Notes: generated from the sequence alone by a model not told the origin. 38,790 nucleotides of DNA from Nemertoderma westbladi (GCA_032718475.1 JAUCBJ010005291.1:1-38790), one strand, 5' to 3'; counted from the first letter of the stretch, positions 24,312 to 37,751 are shown. Numbers and translations: made by a program.

Positions 24312-25087
24312 TAGGGCTCGATCGGAGTTGGGATTTGGCCGGAGCCGGAGCAGGAGCCGGAGTTGGACAATTTGGCCGGAGCCGGAGCAGGAGCCGGAGT
24401 TTTTCAAAAATTTTAAAAATTTAATTATTTATTTAAAAAAATAAAGTATGGTTATCGTTCGCCAATCGCTCATAACAGCATAATCAATCATACTGTAGGT
24501 CTAATTAATTTCATAATTTATAGATTTACGAATTTTCAATTTAAAATTTAAGTAATTAATTTATCACGGACAGACGGCCTGATGCTGACGGCTAAAAATT
24601 ACCTACAGTACCTAACTCACTAACTGTGGTAGAGGTGTGTACTGTAGGTAGCCTACCGTACGTGTACCAGTACTGCAGTACAGTATGCTGGCATGGCATG
24701 ACAGCAGTAAATGGCTGCAGTGGTAGGCCTACAGCTACAGTGTACATTCATAGCATTTACAATTTTTTACAGTAGGGCCTACAGGCCTATCTGTAATAGT
24801 CTGCTAGTCAGCCAGCTGGCCAGTACCAGTACTGCAGTACAGTCAGTCAGTCATTGACTTTAAGTAAATACTGCAGTACCGGTATTATTCTTGATATTGA
24901 AGCTGTACTACAGTACTTACTTCAGTACTTATAGTGTAAATAATTGTTCAGATTAGAATATGCACGAAATATAATACTTTATTAAAAAATTAACTCCGGC
25001 AATATTTTTACCGGAGCCGGAGCAGGAGCCGGAGGTGCCAAAATGGCCGGAGCCGGAGCCGGAGGCCGGAGCTCCGATCGAGCCCTA
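24312..25087 (-). mobile_element. hAT-like MITE family A, copy 3 (776 bp, no nested insertion)
   Basis: Same TIRs; perfect TSD ATTTCAAT (24304-24311, 25088-25095); splits the right foldback arm. Confidence 0.94.
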
Positions 25088-26570
25088 ATTTCAATCATTT
25101 GAATTTCCCGCGCTATGGAGCAGGGTGGCACCTTTTAGGGACTTGTCGCCTGGTAATGAGCCGGAAGGGTCGGCGCAGAGATGTGCTACGCCGGCGTAGG
25201 CCATCGCCATCCACCATCTAATAGGCAGATAGGCGCAAATGGCTGAATGGGCACTTTTTGGTTGGAGATTGGGTTGTCCGGTATTTCTGTATTTGGGCAG
25301 GTGTCCAATTTCCAGACAGAGTATAAATTTTTCTCTGCCTATGTCTATTTGCTATAAAAATCCATATTTTACATTATAGAAAGGTGCCTAAGACCCGAAC
25401 TGCCGAATACTACTGTACTAATACATGTATCACCATGCCAGCATGCTGCCATGTTGTCAAGGGGTGGGGTAGGGGAGGGGGTCTGTTCAGTTGTCTACCT
25501 GTCTGTTTGTCTGTCTTTCCACCATTTCAAAACACTAGTTCATGAAAGTCTGAATTCATACAATTTTCCAATTTGCCCAACTTTTTTTTGTTTTGAATTT
25601 CTAAGCAAACACACTTCGTTAATCTGTTAATGTCAATAATTTGTAAACCAACCTGCCATTTGTCTGTCTGTTCGTTTTTCTGTCTTTCTGTTCGTTTTTC
25701 TGTCTATCCATTTCAATGCAGTAGGCCTATAACTTTCAATCACTGTAAAACGCCAGATCACAGAAGTCCAGGAATAATAACTAATTGGGCACAAAAAGTC
25801 AAGCTTAAGAACACTAACCTACTAGAAATCTGGAAATTGTTTACAATACAGTAATTAAAATATAAGTAAGTGCATCTAAAAAGCGAGCTTGACACAAGTA
25901 ATAAAAAATAAAATAGACGTTGTAACAAATTGGGCACACATATTTTTATACATCTTAAAAACTTAGTTTCGCTATTTACCGGTAATCTGTTACCGGTAAT
26001 TATAATTAAAAAATAAAAATTAACCTGAGTAAAAACTTTACGTAAAACAGTATAAGCTCTACTTGCTACTATATAGGCCTAGCTGTGTGTAAAAACTAGG
26101 TATTAAAATGTTTAAAAACGTCAAGTAAATAGGTTCAATCCAATTAAAAATACAGATGGCATATTAGTTATGATAATATAATATAAAATATCATTCTACA
26201 GTTCTATAAAGTAGTTGTTAATACGCAAAGTTTGTGTATGAGGACAAAAGTGTGTAATGGGATGATGATAAAAAAAATTTTAATTTAAGTTAAAAACTGA
26301 AAAAGAAGTCTAAAAATTAAAAATTAAAAAAAAGTATTTTACTACATCATACAGCATAGGCCTACTCCTGTACTCATACATCAGTACATCACTACATTGA
26401 CATTCTGACAGACTACAGTCAGACAGTGACAGTAGTACTAGGCCTTTGCTTTTTTTAGAACTGTAGAACGACTGAAAGACACATCCTCATTTCAGCCGGC
26501 AACCGGTACAGCTTTATTTCTGTATTTCTACTGGAAATTGAGTACAGGTATCGTACGCGTACAGCCGTAG

Positions 26571-28742
<2,172 letters not shown>

Positions 28743-29680
28743 CACAGTCTAACACTAATAAAATACTTTGCAACTCGTTAAATTTATGTTTTAATGCGTG
28801 TGGCGTGTGGGACAGCAACCGCCCCTCACAAATCATTGGAATCTCTCCTGTTTGAGGCGTGCCAGTTCCAGGTGATCATTTTTAGTGTCAACAAGAAGTT
28901 TATACTAATGCCGTGATAATATAATATATTTATCGTAATTTCGGATACCATGACAATTGGCCCGAGAGCGACTGGGAATTGGTGATCAATCACGATAAAT
29001 AAACGGTTATGACAATATAATAAACGGAATTGTTTTGATTATATGGTATTTTTATTTCAGAAAACCTTTCACTAATCAATTGCAAAATAATTTTAATATG
29101 ACTTTATCTTACTAATATTTCATAAAGTGTAAGATAAAGTGAGAGTTACCCAAAACCCGCCACATAAACTTTAAGTAATTTAATCCAAAATGGCAATCCT
29201 GATCCCAAAAAAACGGTATCCCGAGAGTGATAATCCCGATCCCGAAAAGTGTGATCCCGTTTAAACATAGGCCCCAAACAGGAAAGAGCCGAAAGTATTA
29301 GTATTATAATAGAAAACAACAACTCTTAAAGACTTAACAACTAATACACCCAGATTATTACTGTTTTACAGTGTCATCTAATAATAACAAAAGTTATTTG
29401 TAGGTAAAGCTGCGATAATATTTTATTTAATACTGAACCCGATGTATTGAGACTCGTCAACTTGTTTTTTTCATCATGAAACCTCGCTGGATATCCTGTA
29501 CTGGTACTACAAATTAGATTAAGTATTAGGCGTGGATTGAGTATTATATTATTCACAGATAGAGTAATATGTTTAATGAATAACCCCTAACCTGTGATAA
29601 CAGGATGGTTGTCTGCTGATGTTAACTATACCAATAATATTATAATTTATTATTGGTGTTATGGGTGAATAAGTGGCTTC

Positions 29681-29926
29681 ATATTATTATAACTTTATTG
29701 TTGGGTACAGCCTTGATGGTATGACAGATGGGAGGCCGTGAGGAGGTAAATTGCGGACATACAAGGTATCAGATAGTATTTCCAGGTCTATATTTTACCT
29801 GAGCCGCTAGCTGAATGGTTAGAGCGTCAGGCGTCCAACCCGGAGGTCACCAGTTCGATCCCACCTGGACGTCATTGCCGTCATAACGTCGTGGACGTCG
29901 TGCCCAACATAAAGTTATAATAATAT
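29681..29926 (+). mobile_element. Short inverted-repeat element enclosing a tRNA-like Pol III head
   Basis: Arms ATATTATTATAACTTTATTGTTGGGTAC (29681-29708) / GTGCCCAACATAAAGTTATAATAATAT (29900-29926); A box TAGCTGAATGG (29808-29818), B box AGTTCGATCC (29852-29861); no acceptor stem. Confidence 0.7.
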
Positions 29927-30211
29927 TATTACCTATAACTGTCTTTATAGTTATTATTATCTCCCAAACTATAGTATTATTATTATTCTTTGCTAAATTT
30001 AGGCACCTCGCTCATCATCGGCATCGATGGATAACTTAATAATATTTATTGAAATCAAACAAATATAAAACCTGTCATTTCTTTATGTGATCACTATCTT
30101 GATTTGAGCCAAATTGTTCAATTGATTATATTAGTTTGCATTTCAAACATTTGGCCTATAGTACAATTCCCGTTCATATAGAGCATTGGCCCATTTAAAT
30201 TCTGGTTCCTT

Positions 30212-30958
30212 AGGGCTGTTTACACGTGGCAACTTTTAGAGCAACTTTCTCGGCAACTAGCAACTTTTTTGGAGCACCTAAAGGCCTGTTTACACGTGGC
30301 AACTTTTAGAGCAACTTTCTCGGCAACTAGCAACGTTTTTGGAGCACCTAAAGGCCTGTTTACACGTGACAACTTTTAGAGCAACTTTCTCGGCAACTAG
30401 CAACTTTTTTGGAGCACCTAAAGGCCTGTTTACACGTGGCAACTTTTAGAGCAACTTTCTCGGCAACTAGCAACTTTTTTTGGAGCATCTAAAGGCCTGT
30501 TTACACGTGGCAACTTTTAGAGCAACTTTCTCAGCAACTAGCAACTTTTTTAGAGCACCTAAAGGCCTGTTTACACGTGGCAACTTTTCGAGCAACTTTC
30601 TCGGCAACTAGCAACGTTTTTTTGGAGCAACTTAATTAAATCGCTGCGGCTGTGGCCGTGGCAACTTTACCAGCAATTAGATCAGGGCCAATGTGCCAAT
30701 TGGCCCATTTTAGATCGCGACTTTTAGATCAACTTGGGTAGTTTGACTGTAAAATGGTGGGTCATTTTATCTATTAGTTAGTTTGTGATAATTTAATTTG
30801 ATTATCTCGCTTTCATTTGCCAACGCAAATTCCTTCAAGTTGCCGTAAAAGTTGAGCAACTTTTACGGCAACCTTTTTTCAGCAACTTAGGTGTTTACAC
30901 GGAGCAACTTTATCGGCAACCTGGGTTGCTCCACTAGTTGCCACGTGTATACAGGCCT
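30212..30958. mobile_element. Harbinger-like MITE whose left terminus is amplified as a 70-bp tandem array
   Basis: TIR AGG(G/C)CTGTTTACACGTGGCAAC / GTTGCCACGTGTATACAGGCCT in TTA/TAA context (TSD not clean); six 70-bp units start at ~30212, 30282, 30352, 30422, 30493 and 30563. Confidence 0.8.
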
Positions 30959-32095
30959 TTATTCCCCCATTTTCATGTTTTTTTAACATTTTTTCGATAA
31001 TAATGGGATTCCTTTTCCCTTTTACCGATATTTGCCGCTGGGAGGCCTACATGTAACTGTCTTAAACTAATTAATTGTGGTTTTAAAACTAAAACAAATA
31101 AAATAAATGAATTACACGTAAAATCAATAGAGTGATCATATTTTATTATGTGAAAATTGTGTTGGCAAGCTGTTTTTTTTTCGAGGTGTTTGTTACTGGA
31201 AAGCCAGCAAGCTGGCTTTAAACGAACCTGCCCATCAAACCAGTACCATGAGTGAGCGAAAATGAAAACACGATAATTGCCATCAACTCAACGATAGAAA
31301 CACCAGCTGCTGGTACTCATGTGGGCCTAGTAAGCTACTACTATTTATTGAATGGATAGCCCAAACTGCAGAGAAGTATATTATTACTTGCCAAATTTAT
31401 TACTATCTCACTCTAACCCAGACAGTAATCAAACATCAACTACTGTAAGTTTGTATAATGTATTACCCCACCAGATGAATAGCTCTACCCAGTGAATCCT
31501 ATGACAATAATCTATAAGGTTACTCACTGCTATGTTAGGTGGGAGGGAGTTGATGATAATGAATGAGGAGGGACCCAACTAACACTACGTTTGTCTATAT
31601 GGACGGTCTCCAACAGCCAGCTGGCTGGCTTTTCTAGTTGAATCATATTATTCCGCAACTAAATAATTTACTCTTTTAGAAGAATTTGTGCGTTTTTTGC
31701 CGGACTAACAAATTTTGGCGACGTTCTGTGCGAGATTGGCGATATTTGAAAAGATTCTGAGGCTCAAATATGTTGCTCAGATGACTGAATATCTCAAATA
31801 AAAAAGTTGGTGCATACTCGACGAGTTGAAATCGATGAAATTCGGCTTTAAATTTTCAAAACCGCTATTTTTCAGTGACCCCGTGATTGAAACGCCACAA
31901 AAAATATACTGTCTTGTGCGCAACCAAAATTTATGGAGAGTTTGTTATTAAAGTTTTTGCGTACCTGCTTGAGTTTTTGAGATATTGGATGGTTATACAT
32001 ATATACACACACACAACCACATCGTGTTTTTAAACGGCTCAACTCTTGACAAGAACTACCCTGGCCTACTATTAATAGGCAGGTTCGTTATTATG

Positions 32096-32469
32096 CATTT
32101 ATTATAGGAAGGGATCTAGGGGTTTTTACCTCGAATGATAAGTTTATTTTACCGAAAATAACTTATCTTTTAATGGCGCAATTGTAGGACTAATCCCAGC
32201 ACTTGCGTACTTTTTAACCGGATAGTGTACAAATTTAGGAATCGCGTAATTTTTCTTGAAATTAATATCACATATCTCTCCAAACCACGTACGCGTTTCG
32301 ACCTTATTGGGTCTCATCAGCGTGGTCTCGGATTCGAACCTGGGACCTCAAGGTGGAAGCCGAGACTTTGATGGGATTAGCAATTGCGCCAATAAAAGTT
32401 AAGTTATTTTCGGTAAAATAAACTTATCATTCGAGGTAAAGACCCTTAGATCCCTTCCTATAATAAATG
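32096..32469 (-). mobile_element. Retrozyme/Penelope-like non-autonomous element: ~89-bp inverted arms + tRNA-like head + hammerhead
   Basis: Arm 32096-32184 is the near reverse complement of 32381-32469. On minus: A-box-like TGGCGCAATTG (32391-32381), B box GGTTCGAATCC (32340-32330), then the hammerhead. Confidence 0.8.
32282..32328 (-). ncRNA. Type I hammerhead ribozyme (minimal, palindromic helix III)
   Basis: Minus strand reads AGACCACG-CUGAUGA-GACC-CAAUAA-GGUC-GAAA-CGCGUA-CGUGGUUU: full core, 4-bp helix II, 8-bp helix I (one G-U pair), ACGCGU helix III, GUA cleavage triplet. Confidence 0.88.
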
Positions 32470-33257
32470 GAGAATTGCAGACTGGTTACCGTCCCCGCAA
32501 AGGCGCAGGCTGTGTTATAGTAAATATCTCGCAAATTTCAGATTGAACATGTATCGTAAATGGCGAAATGTGAAAAGGGTTTCACATCAGGCATGTCACC
32601 CTCTAGTGACACTTGATAATTCCAGGTGGATTAGTCTCCTTTGAAAGACACAGCTGATGGTCCAGTACATTTTGGATCAGTTAAGATTCAACTTAAACGT
32701 ATTCAAAGCAATGAAATATGAGGACATTACATTTTATTGTTTAAACGCCGCCAAACGGCCGACCTGCAAACGGCAGAAGTCTGTATGTAAACGTTCGTAA
32801 GTTGTTTTAGTTTAATAAAGTTGTGAGTGGAGAAATAATCTTTCAAAGATTAGACCAACCGAGAGACCGACCTACATACAGACACGAGGTTGTTACAGTG
32901 GTAGGCCTAACTGTATGCTAAGTCCCACAGCCACAGGAAAGCTAATATCTATTGTTAACTAATAATCTATAAATTTGTGCAATTTAGGCAATTACAAATT
33001 AATTATACAGTATATATATTTTTATTCCTAAATCGCTCGAATATACCTCGAAATCGAGTACTTTTTCTATAGGGAAAAAAGTAATCAATATGATTGCATT
33101 GATTTTATTACTTTTTCAGGCGAAAAAATAATATTGTTTTGATGGAATTTCTTAAATTTATTAACATGTGTTGAAAGAGCATCGACGTAGAAAGTGTTTG
33201 CGTGTAATTTAAGTAAAATCCATACCAAGAATCAAGCGCTGTGGCGATTACAACAAC

Positions 33258-35360
33258 TATCTATACTATTACTATTTATTAAGAATGCTGTGCCGACGGT
33301 AATGGTGAAAAATATCGAGACTTGAAAAATATCGCGAGTAAAAATATCGAAAGTAAAAATATCGAGAGTAAAAATAACGCGAGATGAAAAATATCGAAAA
33401 TAACGAGTGTTGAAAAATATCGAGAGTAAACATATCGAGTGTTGAAAAATATCGAGTGTTGAAAAATATCGTGTGTTGAAAAATATCGAGAGTAAAAATA
33501 TTGCATTTTGCTTGAGTATTTTATTTAGAATTATGGAACAATATTGCAGTGCATGGGTTACAACAGTGCAAGTGAATGGCATTATGTAATACACCTTGGG
33601 TACCCATTCACCAGATTTATTATACTAGCTAGTTTTTGCTATTTTTAAATAAATATTAGAGAAGAAGTGCTAGCTATCAATTTTGATAAATATTTTTGTT
33701 CTAGAACACATTTTTTTAGTTCTAGATCACATTTACAATTTTTTGAAATAGCTAGTATTTTCTACTTCTTTTTATAAATGTTATAGAAACACGTGTAAGC
33801 TACTAATGTTGATAAATATTTTTTGTTCTAGAACATTTTTAGGAAAAAAAATTATCATACAACCCCTTATTTAAAAAAATTGTTACTATCGATATTTTTA
33901 CTCTCGATATTTTTCAACACTCAATATTTTTCAACAGTCGATATTTTTACTCTCGATATTTTTCAACACTCGATATTTTTACTCTCGATATTTTTCAACA
34001 CTCAATATTTTTACTCTCGATATTTTTACTCTCGATATTTTTCAACACTCGATATTTTTCAACACTCGATATTTTTACTCTCGATATTTTTCAACACTCA
34101 ATATTTTTACTCTCGATATTTTTCAACACGCGATATTTTTACTCTCGATATTTTTCAACACTCGATAATTTTACTCTCGATATTTTTCAACACTCGATAT
34201 TTTTACTCTCGATATTTTTCAAAACTCGATATTTTTACTCTCGATATTTTTACTCTCGATATTTTTTGAACTCTCGATATTCATTCGATATTTTTACTCG
34301 CGTTATTTTTACTCTCGATATTTTTCATGTCTCGATATTTTTCAATATAACCGTGCCGGCGTACGACAAAATTGCGCCGCCACAACTCCCTATCGCCCAC
34401 GTGACATTTGCTAGATTATCCGCATCTTTAAGGCCAGTGTCCTTTACGATGCGTCTCAAGAAAGTCATGGGCTGTCCAACATGCTTATTCACTCCATATT
34501 TGTACTCCTCTATGGGAGTCCATGCTGGGCTCTAACTGCTGAGGACACCAAATCTCTTGATGGCACATTCACAAGAATGCTACGCCGGGTTCATTGTGTC
34601 AAGTACAATGCACACATCTCCAACCAGACACTATATAACATTGGAGGTGTCTCATTGGTTGCCCCAAGCCAGGTTCCGTTTTATTCTATGAGACTTCCAA
34701 ATCCTGGACAGACTATTCAATACTGCCCATGTCTTCCCCTTACGTATCCGAATGTCTTCACCTGACTTCCGAACCGTTGATCCCAAGTAGCAGAAGTCAT
34801 CCACTTGCTCAAGCAAGTCGTCCTTAAGCTTATGCCCTTACGATCAAACATTTCTCTACGGCTGTTAAGATTCACTGTCATAATTTTGGTTTTCTTGGAG
34901 TTTACAAAAAGACAAACACTAGAAGCAACCTGCTCCAATGAGCAGAGGAACCTCTGGGCTCCCTCTAGTGATTCTGACAGTACCTGTAAGTCTAGATCAG
35001 TAAGGTATTTTGTTGGATTTCATCTACTTCTTGTGCCAGTAGGGGCGGGGTTTTACCATCATAAATTAACAAAATCCGGCTGTGCCACCAGTAAGAAAAT
35101 TTGCCGAACTATCATCATACCAAATTTTTTTAAAAAATTAGGGGGGCGTGGTGGCTCTGACCCCTAAAAATGATTGTTGTATTAAGGGAGATGCTGTACT
35201 GATCTGGTTGCTGCAATAATTTCATCACGAATCCCATATAATGAAAGTATACTGAACATACGTGAGGTAGAATAATCTCTCAACAGAATCAGTGATACAA
35301 TTTAATAGACTTCTATTGTATAGCTTTGCAGCAATCGAGATTAACGAGATTCCTCTGAAT
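33258..35360 (-). pseudogene. RTE-like LINE relic with deletions, an internal inversion and a foldback insertion
   Basis: Minus-strand motifs RGISLISIAAKL (~35360), LSLYGIRDEIIAATRSV, KYLTDLD, DDFCYLGS..EDIRIRKGKTWAVLNSLSRIWKS and KDTGLKDADNLANV..DRELWRR. The LLYGSPCW..LDGTFTRMLR block is on the plus strand (~34472-34670). Decayed (TAG)n tail at ~33258-33275. Confidence 0.88.
33298..34352. mobile_element. Foldback-type DNA element (GG termini, 8-bp TSD; Merlin- or MULE-like)
   Basis: TIR GGTAATGGTGAAAAATATCGAGACTTGAAAAATATCG vs right end reverse complement GGTTATATTGAAAAATATCGAGACATGAAAAATATCG; TSD GTGCCGAC (33290-33297) / GTGCCGGC (34353-34360); arms built of 15/17-bp TCGATATTTTT repeats. 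Confidence 0.85.
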
Positions 35361-35659
35361 TAAAACATTATATTCCACAAGGTGTGGCTTTGAACGGAAC
35401 ACAAACTATATTACATACATATATTCAGTTCTGGATGATGCCGCTATGTGGTGTAATTAAACTATGTTCTTATATTTTCCTTTTATTTTACTTATTTATC
35501 AAACACTAAAAAAACATTTTCACTAAATTTAATCATTTTCACTAAGTTTAATCAGTTTCTCACGAAAATTAATCAATTATCACTAAAATTAATCACTTAC
35601 ACTAAAATTATTCACTTATAACTAAAATTAATTCATTTTCCACCAAATTAAATCAATTC

Positions 35660-36700
35660 GTTACAGAGGTAGGCTTTTATAACCAAAACAATAAACAATG
35701 TTGTTACCAATTGGGGAAAGGAGCAGGTTACAGAGGTAAGCTTTTATAACCAAAACAATAAACAATGTTGTTACCAATTCGGGGAAAGGAGCATGTTACA
35801 GAAGTAAGCTTTTATAACCAAAACAATACACAATGTTGTTACCAAATGGGGGAAAGGAGCAGGTTACAGAGGTAGGCTTTTATAACCAAAACAATAAACA
35901 GTGTTGTTACCAATTGGGGGAAAGGAGCAGGTTACAGAAGTAAGCATTTATAACCAAAACAATAAACAATGTTGTTACCAATTAGGGGAAAGGAGCAGGT
36001 TACGAAGTAAGCTTTTATAACCCAAACAATAAACAATGTTGTTACCAATTGGGGGAAAGGAGCGGGTTACCGAGGTAGGCTTTTATAACCAAAACAATAA
36101 ACAGTGTTGTTACCAATTGGGGGAAAGTAGCAGGTTACAGAAGTAAGCTTTTATAACCAAATCAATATACAATGTTGTTACCAATTGGGGGAAAGGAGCA
36201 GGTTACAGAAGTAGGCTTTTATAACCAAAACAATAAACAATGTTGTTATCATTGGGGGAAAGGAGCAGGTTACAGAACTAAGCTTTTATAACCAAAACAA
36301 TAAATAATGTTGTTACCAATTGGGGGAAAGGAGAAGGTTACAGAGGTAGGCTTTTATAACCAAAACAATAAATAATATCGTTACCAATTGGGGGAGAGGA
36401 GAAGGTTACAGAGGTAGGATTTTATAACCAAAACAATAAACAGCGTTGTTAGCAATTGTGGGAAAGGAGCAGGTTACTGAAGTGAGCTTTTATAACCAAA
36501 ACAATAAACAATATTGTTACCAATTAGGGGAAAGGAGCAGGTTACGGTAGGCTTTTATAACCTAAACAATAAACAATGTTGTTACCAATTGGGGGAAAGG
36601 AGCAGGTTACAGAAGTAAGCTTTTATAACCAAAACAATAAACAATGTTTTTACCAATTAGGGAAAAGGAGCAGGTTACAGATGAAGACTTTTATAACCAA
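35660..36700. repeat. 68-bp satellite, ~15 copies
   Basis: Unit GTTACAGA(G/A)GTA(G/A)GCTTTTATAACCAAAACAATAAACAATGTTGTTACCAATTGGGGGAAAGGAGCAG. Confidence 0.95.
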
Positions 36701-37713
36701 CAAAATACAGTATGTACCGGTACTTCGAATCCCATTGCCAATAAAAAATAGTTATGAATGATTAATTAATTTTAGTGGAGAATGATTAATTTTAATGGAG
36801 AATGATTAATTTTAATGAAGAATGATTAAATATAGCGAAAAAAAACTCAATAAAAATAGTGGAAGTAGGCCTATGATTAATTTTAGTGATAAAAAAATTA
36901 ATTGTGTTCTAAACGAGCAAATTGCTATTTCCATGTCACATACGCAACGGTAGGGCTCGCTACACGCTGTATAAAGTTTAGATGAACCGTTTACGTAGCC
37001 AGTAAAATTTGTAGAACTGGTCACTCCCTCTAGCGCCCGACAGAGGAACTATAGAAATCTTTTTATATTGAATTTTCAAACTTTTTAAACATTACTCGTG
37101 TACCAAGTTTGGTTCATTTTCATAAAAGATTGACCTTCTTACCGGATCGCTCCACATGAATATGAGTTTTTGTTTGTTGGAAAATAATGCTGCGGTATGA
37201 TGTTTCGCAAAATCCAAGAGCTCTTAATGGTTCATTCGAGGAATACAAACGTTGATTACAGTAAATGCGTGAACGTAGTGTCCGATTTTTAAGGAGAGAT
37301 GAGTACCGGTATTATAATGACCCCAGGGTTGCTTTTTGCGTGCCCAGCGCCCCTTAGGTTGACCTTAATGAAGGTGTAACGTAACGAGGATACCTGGTAT
37401 CGGGTTGGGCGGAATCCCGTCTCCGTCGAGACGACGTTAGATACCGCGTTGAAAAACAAAACCAATTAAATTAAAAATCGTGATAAACTCTTTGCTACAT
37501 CACCCCGCCGGGCAGTGAATAGGTGATAATGTTATTGAACTTGATATCTTTGTTCAGTATTTCTTTCTATCAATTTATTTAATGAAGACATTCTGCTCAA
37601 ATTATTAATAGATGCGTATTTATGTAATAGAAACTCTTGAACAGACACGTAACGTGGTTTGATACACTGCATAGTATATAATGTGGTTTATACTTTAAAG
37701 TTAAATCTTGTCA

Positions 37714-37751
37714 CCCCCCCCCCTCCCCCCCCCCCCCCCCCCCCCCCCCCC
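37714..37751. repeat. Poly-C tract (G-run on minus)
   Basis: 38 nt of C with a single T at 37724; shorter C/G runs at ~2445, ~7671 and ~8642. Confidence 0.9.

Larger units (their letters stand above)
18943..25147. mobile_element. Mutator/Foldback-type element with long TIRs and inverted 49-bp arrays
   Basis: Arm GACAAGTCCCTAAAAGGTGCCACCCTGCTCC... (18950-~19250) is the reverse complement of ~24090-24311 + 25088-25147. 9-bp TSD GCCTGGTAA (18934-18942, 25148-25156), with a small ACAAGCT duplication at the left end. The 49-bp unit CTTCGAGCAGCACGTGAACAACTAA... is direct in the left arm and reversed at ~23760-24110. Confidence 0.85.

Noticed and set aside
29801-29870. Functional tRNA gene (also 14235-14305 and 32326-32391)
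   Set aside because: A/B boxes are present but acceptor and anticodon stems do not pair properly; treated as SINE-type heads.
31600-32060. Possible Helitron/Helentron-like relics (also ~25480-25760, ~32485-32730, ~36900-37140)
   Set aside because: Only suggestive microsatellites and motifs; termini could not be defined.
33232-34269. ORFs with STLDIF/SRYF repeats
   Set aside because: Translations of the foldback arm repeats.
35660-36700. CRISPR-like periodic arrays (also 30212-30630 and 21890-22392)
   Set aside because: Whole units repeat with no unique spacers, there are no cas genes, and the context is eukaryotic; these are satellites.
37298-37470. GC-rich structured segment, possible ribozyme or SINE tail
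   Set aside because: It has a small hairpin (CGTCTC-CGTC-GAGACG) and an A-rich end, but I could not fit a known ribozyme fold or find Pol III boxes.
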